Assembly (NCBI GenBank): GCA_036172245.1
Contig: JAYWIR010000091.1
Coordinates: 124,001-188,000 of the forward strand
DNA: 64,000 bases
Source: Raillietiella orientalis
Taxonomy: Eukaryota
Reading direction: 5' to 3'
Shown here: positions 37,618 through 49,837 of the stretch, piece by piece
How the letters are laid out: each line of letters begins with the position of its first letter
Position numbering within the stretch: position 1 is the first letter of the stretch
The notes under the pieces: generated by a model
Databases searched by the model: none
The model's input: the letters and a program-made list of their open reading frames with translations, nothing else
Told to the model about the DNA's origin: nothing
Made by a program: the position numbers and the translations under genes

Positions 37618-39095
37618 ACCTCTTCTTCGCAAGCACGTTGATGCACCTGCAGAGGAGAGAGAAGAAAAGAAAAGATAAAATGGGCAACCCCACATTGAAG
37701 CCGCCAGCGGTGCTGGGAAGAGACCCCGGGGCGGGGAAAGGAGCCCTAGGAATCGCAGTGGATCTCCATAAGGCGTTCGACTGTGTAGACCAGGAACTCC
37801 TCTTGGCGTACCCTTGACATCGCAGCGAAGATGTGGAGCACCCCGTGGTGCATTCCGGCTATCCTTCTCGCCAGTCGTGTGTCCCGGTGCGAGGGACTCG
37901 CGTCTTTTCTTCTGTGCCCCGGCCGGAAAATCAGAAGATGCGGCCTACAGCTCGAGCGCATGGCATCGTTGGCCAAGGAGAACAGCTGGATGGTTTGCTG
38001 CCCCGCTAACTCCTCCGCCTGGCTAGAGGAAAACATCGGAACGTGGGCAGTGGTGAACCAGAGAAGCCACGTAACGTGAAATTGTCTCCGATGCGGCCCC
38101 TACGCCCGCTGCACTCTGAGGAATTTCCAGGAGAATCCAGGTAGAAGCACGTGGGCAGAGACAACTTGCTTGGCTACGGCGCTGCCCTTCCTGAGGAGGG
38201 TGCATTACAGCAGTCGGACGCCAAGGTGGCAAGTCTCCTGCTGCATCGAGGGACGGGAGAAGAGAATGAGCGGCTGGACCATGGATGAACTGGCGGACGC
38301 CACGACCCCGAGCATCCAGCCGCGAGGACTAAGAAGATGGGGCGAGCTGCTGGCCATCCCTACGGATGTGCTGAATTGGCCCCTGCTTCTTCATGAATCC
38401 AGGATCCTGCCTTTTAAGTGGCAAGAGTCGGCGTTGCTGTTGTTGCTATGGGGTTTACCCTGCAACGCACGCCTCTCCCACTGGACAAGAGGAGTTGTGG
38501 TTCCTGCGTGTGTCAGGTGCGGAGAGCGGGAATCGCTCTCCCACCTTATTGTGGACTGTGCTGCCAACTGACCCCTCTGGGAACGGTTCGGGGCGACCCT
38601 ATGGCTCCCTACGGGCAGTTCCCCTAGAGACGTTCTTCGGCCCCTCTTCGTGAAGGACGCCCTGCAGCCAGCCGCAGCCCTCGCAGCCTTGTGCTGCGTC
38701 CGAGGCATCGTGGCGGCATGGAGCGACACCAACAAGGCAGGAGTGGGTCAACACGCGAGGGATGTCCTCCCATATGCCCAACGCTTCTTGCGGAGAGTTG
38801 CTGGATGGCCCCAACTGGGAACTATACGGATGGACCTCGAGGGCTTCCTTCAACGGATGGGCCCTCCTATTAGCGAACAGTGATCCCTTCCCTGCCCTCC
38901 ATCCTTTTTTGTTTGTTTGTGTTTTTATTTTTACTTTTGTTTTTTCCCCATCCCCTTTCGCTGCCGGGGAGTTCCACGCCAGGCTGCGTCCCGGCGTCCC
39001 GGTAGGTCCCGTGCATAAGGCCGTGAGCGGGGACTGGTACCGCAATTGTAGAGTTTTTATTAATAAACGCCCCGGGTGTACCCGGGTGGCAACAC
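37618..39095 (+). mobile_element. E10: 3' fragment of family-A element with internal deletion at ~37805
   Basis: LFFAST..HKAFDCVDQELLL jumps to the region preceding MWSTPW. Zinc finger 38170-38571. AATAAA at 39062 plus hairpin. Confidence 0.88.
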
Positions 39096-39096
39096 A

Positions 39097-41780
39097 AAAT
39101 CTCCGGGGCAGGCGGTGCAAAGGGAAATCCTCGCAGAACTCGCGGACCGAGACCTTCATGCTGTCTCATTCTTCGATGTTGCGGAGGATGACGCCTCTCA
39201 GGAACTGACGGAGATATTCCGCCGCACCGGAGATGCGCGTCCAGTCCCCTGGCATACGCAAGGCCCTGGATGGTAGTCCTTTGTCGCGTAGCATAATCTC
39301 GATTACCAACCGGAAGTGGTCCGATAGCGTCGACGTAAGTTTCCCTCGTCTGCCGACCCGAGGGCACACGTCGGCGTCAAGGAAGACGTGGTCTAGACTT
39401 TGGGCCATTTCCGATAGGTCCCCCAGCAAGTTGCGCGTACGCATAGCGGCGCAGAACTCGTTGGTTGCGTCTTTTTGCCTCCAGGGCACACCTGAGAGCA
39501 GGCGGATGTTGAAATCCCCAGCGATCAGATGTGCCGTGCTTACGTTTGTATCCGCCAGCCAGTCGCGCTTCAGAGTTTCGAGGAACCGGGAACGCTCAAC
39601 GTACTCGCATCCTCCGCAAGGAGCGTACACATTGGTGACGACAAGGAGGATCAAGTCGTACCACCTAAGGATAAGCTGGCCAACCCGACTGTCGTTGACA
39701 AAGCGCACTTCCTTTACGATGGCGGCGACTACTGGCTCCATAAAAAATGCGACGTCACAAGTGTTGCGAGCGCCGCTTTGTGAAAACAGACGACACCCTG
39801 CGAACGTCTCGATCTCCTGAGCATTCTTCGCGGTGATTACGTGGATCTCCTGATGGAGCGCAAGGTCGAAGTCGCAAAGGGTGTCGGCCGTAACCCGCCT
39901 CTTGCCGTAGTCGCGCAGCTTGTTGACGTTCCAGCAGGCTACGCAGACGCTTCGGCAACAGGCGAGCCCAGGTGTTAATCCTGGGAAAGTGGCAATGGGG
40001 CTCCCGCCGCCTTGACGAAAGGGACGCTAGCAGGAGCAGGTACGTCGCGCACCACTTCCCTTTCCTCCATGGAGGCCGAGTCATCGTCAGGGCCGTGCAG
40101 AGGAAGGGGAGTTTCACCCACCTGCACTTCCTCCTCCATGAGGGTCATCCGCTTAACTGTGTCGAGGAATGAGAGCTTCCCATCCTGAACTCCCACTCTG
40201 GCGGCTTCCCCTCGGGTGCCGGTTCATCCTCTTCCTTCTTGATCCGTATGCGCCTCACGGGATTCTGCGACTTGCACTCCGTCTTCTTTGGTGGCGCCTC
40301 CGTTGAGGAGGAAGAACTTCCGCCATTCGGTTCGACCTCACCAGCATCCGGAGCCTTCCTCGCGGCCGGCCTTCGCAAGGCTTTTCGCGAGTTCTTTTGA
40401 GGCCTTGCAGTTCAGCCGTGAGTTCTTCCACCGCCTGCTGGAAGGCGGCCTCCTCGATCGCGTCGAGCGCGGCGCGCGGTTCCCCCTCTGGTTTCCCAGG
40501 GGGTTGGCCATCGACCGTTGCGGCTTCGGCGCATGCTAGGGGGGGATTGCTCCCCTGGTGGCGGCATCGAGTGACTCCACACGTTCCAATTTAACGGAAC
40601 ACGCGCGGAATTTTTCGCGTCACGGTTTTTTGCGCTGCGTTTTGTTTTCCCCGCGCTTTGTTCGGGAATAACGGGCTTTCATCTGGGCTGTACCATCTGC
40701 CAGCCGTCGCCCTTGCCAGCGTCGTCGGGAGTGCTCTCAACCGACGTTTGCGGCGATGACTTAGGGAATGGCATCTGGCTTTTTACTGCCTGCTTCATGT
40801 TAGTCGTCTCTCCCGGCCGTTTCCCCTTTGCCTTTTTTGCAACGTTTAGGACAGGGATTTCTCGTCTTCGGCACCTTTTGTGGATGTGGCGTCTGTTTAT
40901 ACAAAAGTGGCATTGGATGCTAGGGCACCGTTGCTTTTGGTGCCCTGCTTCTTCGCAATGGCCGCAATACTTTTGCTTTCCCACGTACCAAACGACTTTT
41001 TCTTCGCCGATATTTAGTTTTTGGGGAAACCCACCATACTCCGGTAGTGTGATGCGGGCAGCGCACATCCCACTGAATATCTTCCCGTACGTTCGGAAGA
41101 CATTGGGTTTGGCCCAATACGCGTGCACATTAGTTTGTTTTGACAAGTGCTCATGGACGCTGGTTTTTTCCATTGGGAGTATTACGACCGTGGGGTGGAC
41201 CAAGAAAGAGCGGTCCTCCGTCACAGGGAAGATCCTGCGGCCGTCTACCGTAATGGTGGTGTTAAGCAGGCGCTGCGCTATACTTGCCTCTTTGCAAGTC
41301 ATCTGAACTCGCTGCCCCCCACTAAGAACGATGAGGCCCTCAAGGTCTTCCTCCCTCACGTTAAATCGTTGTTGCTCGATTTCGAAGGAGCGTGCAATGC
41401 TCTTCTCGAACACATTTCCTACCCTTTAGATCAGCGACGGTTTGTATCTGCTGTCCTTGCAGGCTGTCTGTTCGGCTACTGCAGCCGGGGATCGTGCAGT
41501 AACGACGGCACTGCAACACTTCGCCACTGGCGAAGATGGTCGCGAATGGGCGGTTGCCCCGATTCTGATGAAGCAAGTGCCCCGGATTCCGTGAGGGCGG
41601 ATGCACTTACTTTCATGGGTGGAGAAGAGCAAATCGCCTCTCGTCCTCCGATTTTCATTGCGGTGTCCTCAGGCTTTTCTGCCATGGGACACCGACTTTC
41701 CCACACAAAAGACAAAATCACCTAAAACGTACGCACTTACCAGACCGCTGTGCGATACCACAACACTTCCTCACCCTAGA
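39097..41780 (-). mobile_element. E11: 5' half of family-A element (ORF1 41685->39975, EN, ends at FPLHRLP), probable partner of E5
   Basis: Knuckles CGHCEEAGHQKQRC and CHFC in ORF 40679-41413. EN ORF 39166-39741 (NVYAP, AGDFN, LDH, SDH). 5' motif variant GTGCGTACGTTTT at 41736-41724. Confidence 0.88.
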
Positions 41781-42390
41781 CGGACACGGGGAAAAGTGAA
41801 CCCTAACTGTGCCCGGTGTGGGGAGCGGAAATCCCTCCCGCGCCTTTTAGTTGACTGTGCCTCCCTACGTTCCCTGCGTGAAAGTTTCGGTTCCACCGTC
41901 GCGATCCTGGAAGGTAGACCTCCCAGAGACGTTTTTCGAATCCACTCCATACAGGACGCCCTGCAGCCACCTGCTGTGATAGCAGCTCTCTGCGGCTTCC
42001 GTGGTATTGTGGCAGCTTCGAGTGGATCTGACGAAGCAGAGGATGTTAACGGAAGAAATGCCTTGGAGTATGCAGCTCGCTTTCTGCGAATAGCATCCCG
42101 ATGGCTCCATCTGGGAAATCTGTACCAGGACCCCGTCGGCATCCTAAATAGGATGGAAGCCTAACGCAACGGACAGTGATCCCTTCCCGGCCCTCCAAAT
42201 GACAAGTATTTTTTTTTTTCTTAATTTTTTTTATTTTGTTTTTTCCCAACCCCTTTCGTTCACGTGGAGTGTCAATTCGGTCTGTGCACCGGAAGCGCGA
42301 CAGCTCCACAAAACTATTGGCCGCAGCAAGCCTTGTACCGCACATACAGTAAGTTATTAAATAAACGGCCCCGCTTGAATGGTGAAAACG
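41781..42390 (+). mobile_element. E12: 3' terminal fragment (zinc finger, C-terminus, 3' UTR), probable continuation of E4
   Basis: TRGKVNPNCARCGERKSL..LLVDC..RMEA*. AATAAA at ~42360. Confidence 0.85.
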
Positions 42391-43050
42391 TGTAAACAAA
42401 CGTCCCTGCCCGTTCAAGAACCCTGTCCCGGACGAGGAACACGACTCCGCACGTGTGTGCGGAGCCTTTCAGCCAGTAGAGCGTCCCACCCGGGTGCTGT
42501 TCCAGATCGGCTGTCTGCCGTTCGGAGATGCTTTGTATCTCTTGTAGCAGCACCAAATCGAAAGCTCGCAAGTTGTTAACTACCGTCAATTAATTGTCGG
42601 CGTCGCGCATCTCGTTGACGTTCTCACGGGCCACGCTGACGTGACGTACGGACGCAAGTCCACGCCTTACTGCTTTGGACATTACGGCGGGCTCCTAGCC
42701 CAGTCCGGAGAGAAGTTGGCTAGCAGCACAGTGGATTGGGAAGCGGAATTGGTCCTATTTAACGCCACATCGCAATCAGCTGACTCCTGGGAGCCGAAAA
42801 TCATCGCCTTGGGCTCCGAGCAGGGGCCGGATCCGTCTCCTACAGCAGATTCGTCCTTGCGCTCTTTTGCCCTGCGCGCTTCCGGGTTACCCCGGGGTGC
42901 GCGCTCTATTTGTTTGCACTGGTACTCCACCTTGGAGTCCGAATGCCTAACGCGAGACTGGCGTTTCGCCTGTCTGTTTTTGTTTTGGCAGGTAGAATCT
43001 TGCCCTGCACGTTCGGCGGTCGCCGCTGTTCTTCTTGGGGTGGCAGAATC
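42391..43050 (-). mobile_element. E13: degenerate fragment spanning ORF1 end and EN start
   Basis: TAATG at 42684-42680. LRAFDLVLLQEI..HTCGVVFLV (ORF 42314-42589). Confidence 0.75.
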
Positions 43051-43998
43051 TCACAATGTACCAATTCCTAACTAAGTACACTGCTTCGTTTCAATGACAA
43101 GTCTGCACATGAAGGAGTATGTATGATTTAAATGCGGGACATTTTGCACGTTGCCTACGTGACGATATTTTCATTATTCGTAGCGGAAAATCTGGAAAAG
43201 CAATTACGGAACTCTGGAAGTAACATTGATTTCTCTTTTAAAACCCTGGATATTGCGGAGATACCAAGCGACAGGTTTTCCAAGGAAGTTAAAAGGTAAC
43301 CTGCAGCATAGTGAGTAGACGAGACTCCTTGCTTACAGAACTACATGTTTGCCGGTTCCAGCTGCTATTTCATGTGTTTCAAACAAAGTTCTGATACATT
43401 AGATCGGGCTCAGAAGATTCTTTCTGAAACATGTGTTTTCAAAAAGAAAATTCCAATATATGTAGAAAGATTAATGCAAGCATTTAATTCTGATATTTCA
43501 CCTTTTCTCTTAATGCTCAAGTCACTAAGTAAGAGTTTTTCTTGTATATTTTTCCAGATTAACCAAAAACACAACCTGATAAAATGCAAAGGAATGTTCA
43601 GAACGCTTTTATTCTGAAACGCCCATTCTGCGAGCAGATCTTCAGAGGTACTGTGGAAAACCGCCTGATCAATTAGCTACAGATCTGGCTGTAACTGTGA
43701 AACGGCTTCCTCTAAGAGTGGACCAATCACACCTCAACTTCACCGGAGCAAATGCAAGATTTGGCCCAGGATTTAGCCTTAAGCATGTTTAATTATAAAC
43801 ACGGAATTAGAAAATGCATAAAATGCAATAGACAAATTAAGCAATAGTTCATAAGCACAGTCACTCAGAAGTGCTTGTTTTCGGTATGAAGAACAACTGA
43901 AAAACCGGAAATCCGAAAACAAATTACAAAAATACCGAAAACTTTCAAAAAGAAACTCTGTAATGTATAGTAAAGTCAACAAATTAGTATATAGTGAG

Positions 43999-44056
43999 GT
44001 TATACTAAGATATACAAAGTTATACAAAGATTACACTAAGTTATACTGCGGTTATA
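43999..44056. repeat. Short imperfect ~10-bp tandem repeat (GTTATACTAA-like)
   Basis: gttatactaa gatatacaaa gttatacaaa gattacactaa gttatactgc ggttata. Confidence 0.55.
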
Positions 44057-44599
44057 GGGAGATACGAAAGAAAGAGTACGTCTACAAAATCCCCAGAATA
44101 CAAAGGACACAGAAACCAGCTTGGAATATACACACATTCAATAATCTTTTTCAGGAGAGCTAAAAATTACACAAAAACAAACAAAAATCAACACTCAAAC
44201 TTTCACAAATTGCCCCATTATACATACATGCAGTTAGCACGTACCTCCATGATACACCTGATACTTCTGTATAACAGTTCCCACTGAACTGCGTCAAAAC
44301 GAGACTAATTCGCACAGTAACTCGGGGATCCAATGTCTGAAATGCTAATAAGATCAGTGCGTATAAGAAATCAGCTTACAAATAAAAAGACAGTGCAAAC
44401 ACCACGACCCAACGTGGAACGTGAATTAGTTAGAGATATCTCGCATGCTCCTGCACGGTTCGTAAAAAAAGAAACACATGGTCCGCGTAGATCTTCGAAG
44501 CCTACTACTCCTGTGAGAGCTCTGTCCAAAGCAACAGTAGAATTTCCAATGTCAGAAGAATCAAAACCAATTTCCTTATAGCATAAAAATCCGGGTATC

Positions 44600-47500
44600 A
44601 CCTACGAAAAACAAGCAGTGAGTGATATAGCAACGTATGCGAAACGCTAAATGCAGAGAAAAAAATTAACAGCAATGAGCAAGGAGTTCGCGCTATGTGA
44701 ATCCAGGACATTCTCGAGCAACGCAATGCTTGATATCACAGCGAGGAGAGGAAGCAACTTAGTGAAGAGCACTTCCACGAGACACACGAATCCACGAAGA
44801 ATCAGGTGATCTTTCGATAGACAGCCTTCCGTACAATTGGAGACATCCAATGGGCATTCCATTGGGATGCACATCGGACATGAGAAACACGAGAACATTC
44901 GGCGAATGACGACGGAATTACCAAACAAGGACGAAAAAAAATAACACGAAAGACTGCAATATGAAGAAAAACAAGAGAAAAAAGCAATGTGACATAGAAT
45001 GTATAAAAAATTGGAAACGGAGGAAGAAACCATTATTTTTCATGTATGCAGACTCAGAACCCGTACGCAAGCACGTTCGATGGATGGACGCATGCCAAGC
45101 GCGCACGTGTCCCTCGGAAGGTTAGCTTACGTTCACCGGACCGCGACTCTCCATTCAAATTTATTAATGTCATCCTAGGAAGCCATCAGTGACCTGCAGG
45201 AAAGGCTTCCGTAAAAGCGAACATGGTCAGAAAAAGGACACTGAGCACCAACGCAGATTCCAGAAAGGGTATGTGGACGATGTCTGAATTTTGGTGAAGA
45301 CGTAACAGCAGCACACACGCAATGTAAAGTTCCAGCATGACAAAGCAGCAATCACTTCTTTAGAGTGTACCACGGAGCCTATGTCTATCGAGAAACTCGG
45401 CACAAATTGGAAAAATTCTGTTCTGCGGCGCAATGAACGGAAGTGCAGACGAAGTTTCGTTTCAACAGTAGATTCCACGGACAAGGAATGCGCCCGACCC
45501 TACAGAAACCAGACCACATCCTTCCGCAGTTAGAAAGCAAACGAACAGAAAGCAAAAGAAGCGTTCGGATTCTCTCAGTTGCGCGATGAAAGTCGACTGC
45601 GCGACGCCGGATACAAGAAGCCACACGCAAGAGGAAAAAAAGGGGTCCGACTAGCGATGCAATGGCTCTCTCTTATAATACTCCTTACGATGGTGAACAA
45701 GATGCCGCACAGCATGCTGCCGCACTCTAGAACTTTTCACTGGACGAGAGGTTTCTTTGGCTCAGCATTCAAGAGAGGCGCGAAACTTCTCCAGCGTTTA
45801 TACCGAATTACCCACATTGCCAACCAATACCAGCCATGGTCAACACTTGGAACCACATTCGTCAAGTGTTTCGAGCGCTCATACTTCTGGAAATCCCCTT
45901 ATCGCAGTATCTATGATGCAACACTAAAGGATTCACAGCTGCAGGAACGTTAGCTGCAAATCAGACGAGCGATGTCGCCACGTATCAATGCTACAAAGAT
46001 GCGTTTAGGATTATCAGCAAAATGGCGTGTGAAGGAACGGATCACTGCAACCTCCCGATCCGCAAGGCAAAACGGCAAAGAAACTAGTGCAGACAACGGA
46101 GAATTCTTCCAAGATCTGCTGTTTCAACAGTAGCTACTTAGAAGAAATACCTGAAAATCAAATCATGCAAAGCGAACGATCTACGTATTGTAAGAAAAGG
46201 ACCTCGCAGCTTGATATCGAAAACTAAATGTACACAGAAACAAGGGAAGGTGAAAGGCCAACAAAAAGCCATGAGAATTCGCAGCCGGTTTCATGCTCCT
46301 TTGGGCTACGTTTCTCATATGTTGCTCGTCAGCAGAGCGCTGCACGAGTAAGGCTTTTCTTGAACAAAGACATCCAAGAAAGACTGTCGCAACGCTCCCA
46401 AAACGTACGTCGCAATCGAGTCGAGTCCGCTATTCTGAATTCTCACCTCCATCCAGATTGCTTGCGAGAACGCAAAATCAAAAGCAATAGTGATAAAACG
46501 CGTTCTTCTCAGCGGCGGAGTCAGTTAAACAAGAAAAGTATGCGAAATATCTCGGGCAAGTAGAAGAGCCTTGTGGAGAGAAGGAGTGCTCGGAACTTAA
46601 AGATAGGCGGTCAACTTTCCAGCAGGTTTTGCGAGAATTACGGAATAACGCTTCTTGTGCTGCGATCGCTGTTCAAATGCACAAGCTAAGAAGTGAAGGC
46701 TTCACTGAATAAGACGAAGTCTCCCATGAAGTCAGTGACATAGGAGATTCAAACGTAAGCACGATTTGCATCGCCTGACAGTTGTGAAAGAGGATACGCC
46801 AAGCTTCCTTGATGTATAAGTTCTCAGTCCATTAGCTGTCAACTGCGTCCCCATCCTGCTGTTTTTCAGCGCAAGCAGCCCACCGCTGGAGAGGGAGCAG
46901 AAGATCTCTTACATACTGCCAATTCTAGCTTAAAAGTGAACGACAGTACCGGATGCTCCCTTGGAGATTCTCCGAAAGAACACCACGTGTTGCGTCCCGC
47001 GATCACTGCACATTCGCTTTTCAAAGAACAAAGAGGAACTAGAGAAAAACCAAGAAACCTGCATTTGTAACGAAAATGTGATCGGGATCAAAACAAATAG
47101 GAGAGATTTGGCAGACAAAAACAATAGAATTAAGTGCGTCGTTCGAGAACGCACAACAGAGAGGTAAAAGTTCCCGAACACCGCAATGATGGCGATCTTC
47201 GGCAGCTGGGAGGGCACTTTCTATGTCCTAACTCGACGATGCGAGATGCTCATTCCTCATTCCCTGGGCCCTACACGGCAGCAAAGAGCTCAAGATCGCA
47301 TTTTTGTGCAGCTGATTGGATCAGGGTGCTTACCTTTCCTCAGCATCGTTCCCTAGTTTCTCTAGAGTCCAACTCCTTTTGTAAGATCACTGTATGTGGA
47401 ACATGGCAAACATGCCTCAGAAAGACAGCTGGCGATCTCAGAAGGCTTTAAATTCCTACAAGCGAGTAGTGCGGCAAAGAGACAGTACATATGAAGTACG

Positions 47501-48432
47501 CATTTCTCGTGCTTGTAACCGAAAAGAATCAAGGTTTCAAATCCGCGTTGCAGGGTGCTGGAATAAGCATCCTCAGGCAAAACACTATGCAGCGTCATCA
47601 CCTGTTTCGGAAGTTAGCCCAAGCTGCGAAGTTTCCGATCACCTAAACTCTGGTCCCACCACGGATGGGCTGGAGTTTCTCCTAATCTACTGCGACCCAA
47701 AAATGCCCCGACTTGCACATGAGCACCGACAGATGGTTGCCGCGGTGGTGATCGGAACTTAAAGAAAAAAAAAGTGCTCCGTATAAATTCACATTCTCAG
47801 CTGATGCTCATTCCTTGTTTCAGGAAGCATCGAGGGAACAAAGAAGACGTCATTGCCTGGAATAAATTTAACTGCTTTCGCGAAAACGATCGTGAGTAAC
47901 AGCGTAGACAAAAACTTGACGACAAGTGGAGGCAGATCAGCTGCATTACTGGAAGACGCACAAATTTGTTGGATGTTTGCTTTCAGTGTCAGCTGTTTGA
48001 CTCTTCGAATCCCTCCGCTGTGCCTGGAGAAGATATTTGCACGACCGATTTAACATGAAACCTCGTTGGCTGCAGTGGAAATGCGCGTGCAAACTTTGGA
48101 TAACCTCTGGTGCTTTCCGTCATGCCACACGGCTCGGCCCCGTGATCCCGCATTGGACCATGTCATGCAACACACGCTTCCATCAGTGTTGCAGAAAGAC
48201 CAGGATTCCAGATCGAGCCTGATTGGATGAAGGGCTGCTGCTTCTGCGGACGTTCTGAGTGTTTCGCGTTGCCAGAAATTTTTGTGGTTTCGCCGACTTT
48301 TCAGCAATCGCAGAGTGTGGTGTCTGCGGGAAGAGTGCGCGGTGCACAAATGCTGTGAGCGAGCCACGATCGTCAGCCGCCTCGCGAATCCGCCTTTTTA
48401 CTCGCATGAGCGCGGCGCCTTATCAGACACTT
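44600..48432 (+). repeat. Left arm of long diverged inverted duplication (possible decayed gene)
   Basis: Reverse complement matches 49838-53662 throughout, e.g. ORF 45579-45953(+) vs 52437-52832(-) and 47134-47451(+) vs 50799-51134(-). Confidence 0.9.
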
Positions 48433-49837
48433 ATATAATGTTACACCGAGGAAGACTGGAAACGGTGGAGGCGCCTAGAGGCGCCAAGGATGGGATGGTG
48501 TGGGTGTGAAGAATCCGTCTCCTTCCGTTGACGTTTGGGAGGTGTCTCTGGGATTCCTGCGCTACATTCCATTCCATCCTGAGTTCTGCCGTGGAAGTGT
48601 ACAAATCGTGTGTGCGATCATGCTTGGCTGCCCTTTCTTCTGCATTAGGAAAAGCCTTTTTCTTCCTTATCCCACGGGGAACTTTTCTTTTCCCAATGTA
48701 GCAGCATGGATACTACTTCTGCTTGCCCTAATTACAATCCAGTCACGTGTAATGCCTGCAACTCTTGTGAGTTTTCAATAGAGATAGCCACAAGGTATAT
48801 CAGGGCAATGAACATCAGTTCTATTGGATGCTTTCGCGCCTCTTTGCGCTCACGGTTATCATTAGGAGTAGCAGCTCGTTGCAATGAACAGGAATTCTTT
48901 TGCTTGGATGATCTTCGTAAACGTATTTGACTATGATTTGTATCTCTGGCGGTTCTGTTAACGTACCTCCTTTGCATCAGGAGACTCACGCTGAAATCGA
49001 TATAAATCAATTCTTTTTGTTACTCACCTGATATTAAAAAGAGCAAGTTATTCTCTGCATAAAATCCTTCATGAACTCCCTGAAGAATTCTCTCTCTGGA
49101 ATTACGTAAGGCGCAGGTGTCATCTAAAAAAATTTAAAACACATCTGCTTATATGTTTTACGAAACATATGTTCCCGCAAATGTAATTCAGTAGATTTTG
49201 ATCCGTATTGGATCAGTATAATTTTTTGAGCACCTAACTAGGCTTTACTAGTCAACTCCTCCAAACTTTCATCCAAGAAAAAATACTGACTTGAAAGCGT
49301 TACCTAGCATACACTTATCCATCTCCTTTAAAGGAGCATTTTTCACAAACTCCTCATCAGCGGGTTGGTCGACTTGTTCTCAAGCGAGGTTCTCTCTTTC
49401 TATACAGCCAGTCTATGAAACGGAAGAAATTGTGTTTTTTCTGATGTGTTTTAAGCACGTTTTCATTAAGAATTGAGGAACACGTTTTTTAATGTTTCTT
49501 AACATGCGTATGTGATCGAACAACGCTCTAAGAAGCATTTGATGTCAATTTTCTTCGTATTTTAGGTACACAGAGTTTCATGTTTTCACGCAGTAACTCA
49601 ACCATAAGAAACTCTCTGGAAGAATTTTCGAAATAAAAACTAACACTGTTCTGCAGTCCTTTGTTCATACCGATGTTCCCAAGACAGTCTATTTCGTAAC
49701 CTCCGATTTCGAGTTTGTGCTTTTCCTATTCGAGAAGGAAGACGAATGCGTCGGGCCAGGCGTACGGTCTATCGTTCGGTGTGCTCACGTTTGGGATATT
49801 TTGAAGCCAAAAACACGAAAAAAGAGGGAACGCTTCC

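Noticed and set aside
43345..44581. Short ORFs in the AT-rich island as host genes
   Set aside because: No recognisable domains or supportable exon structure.
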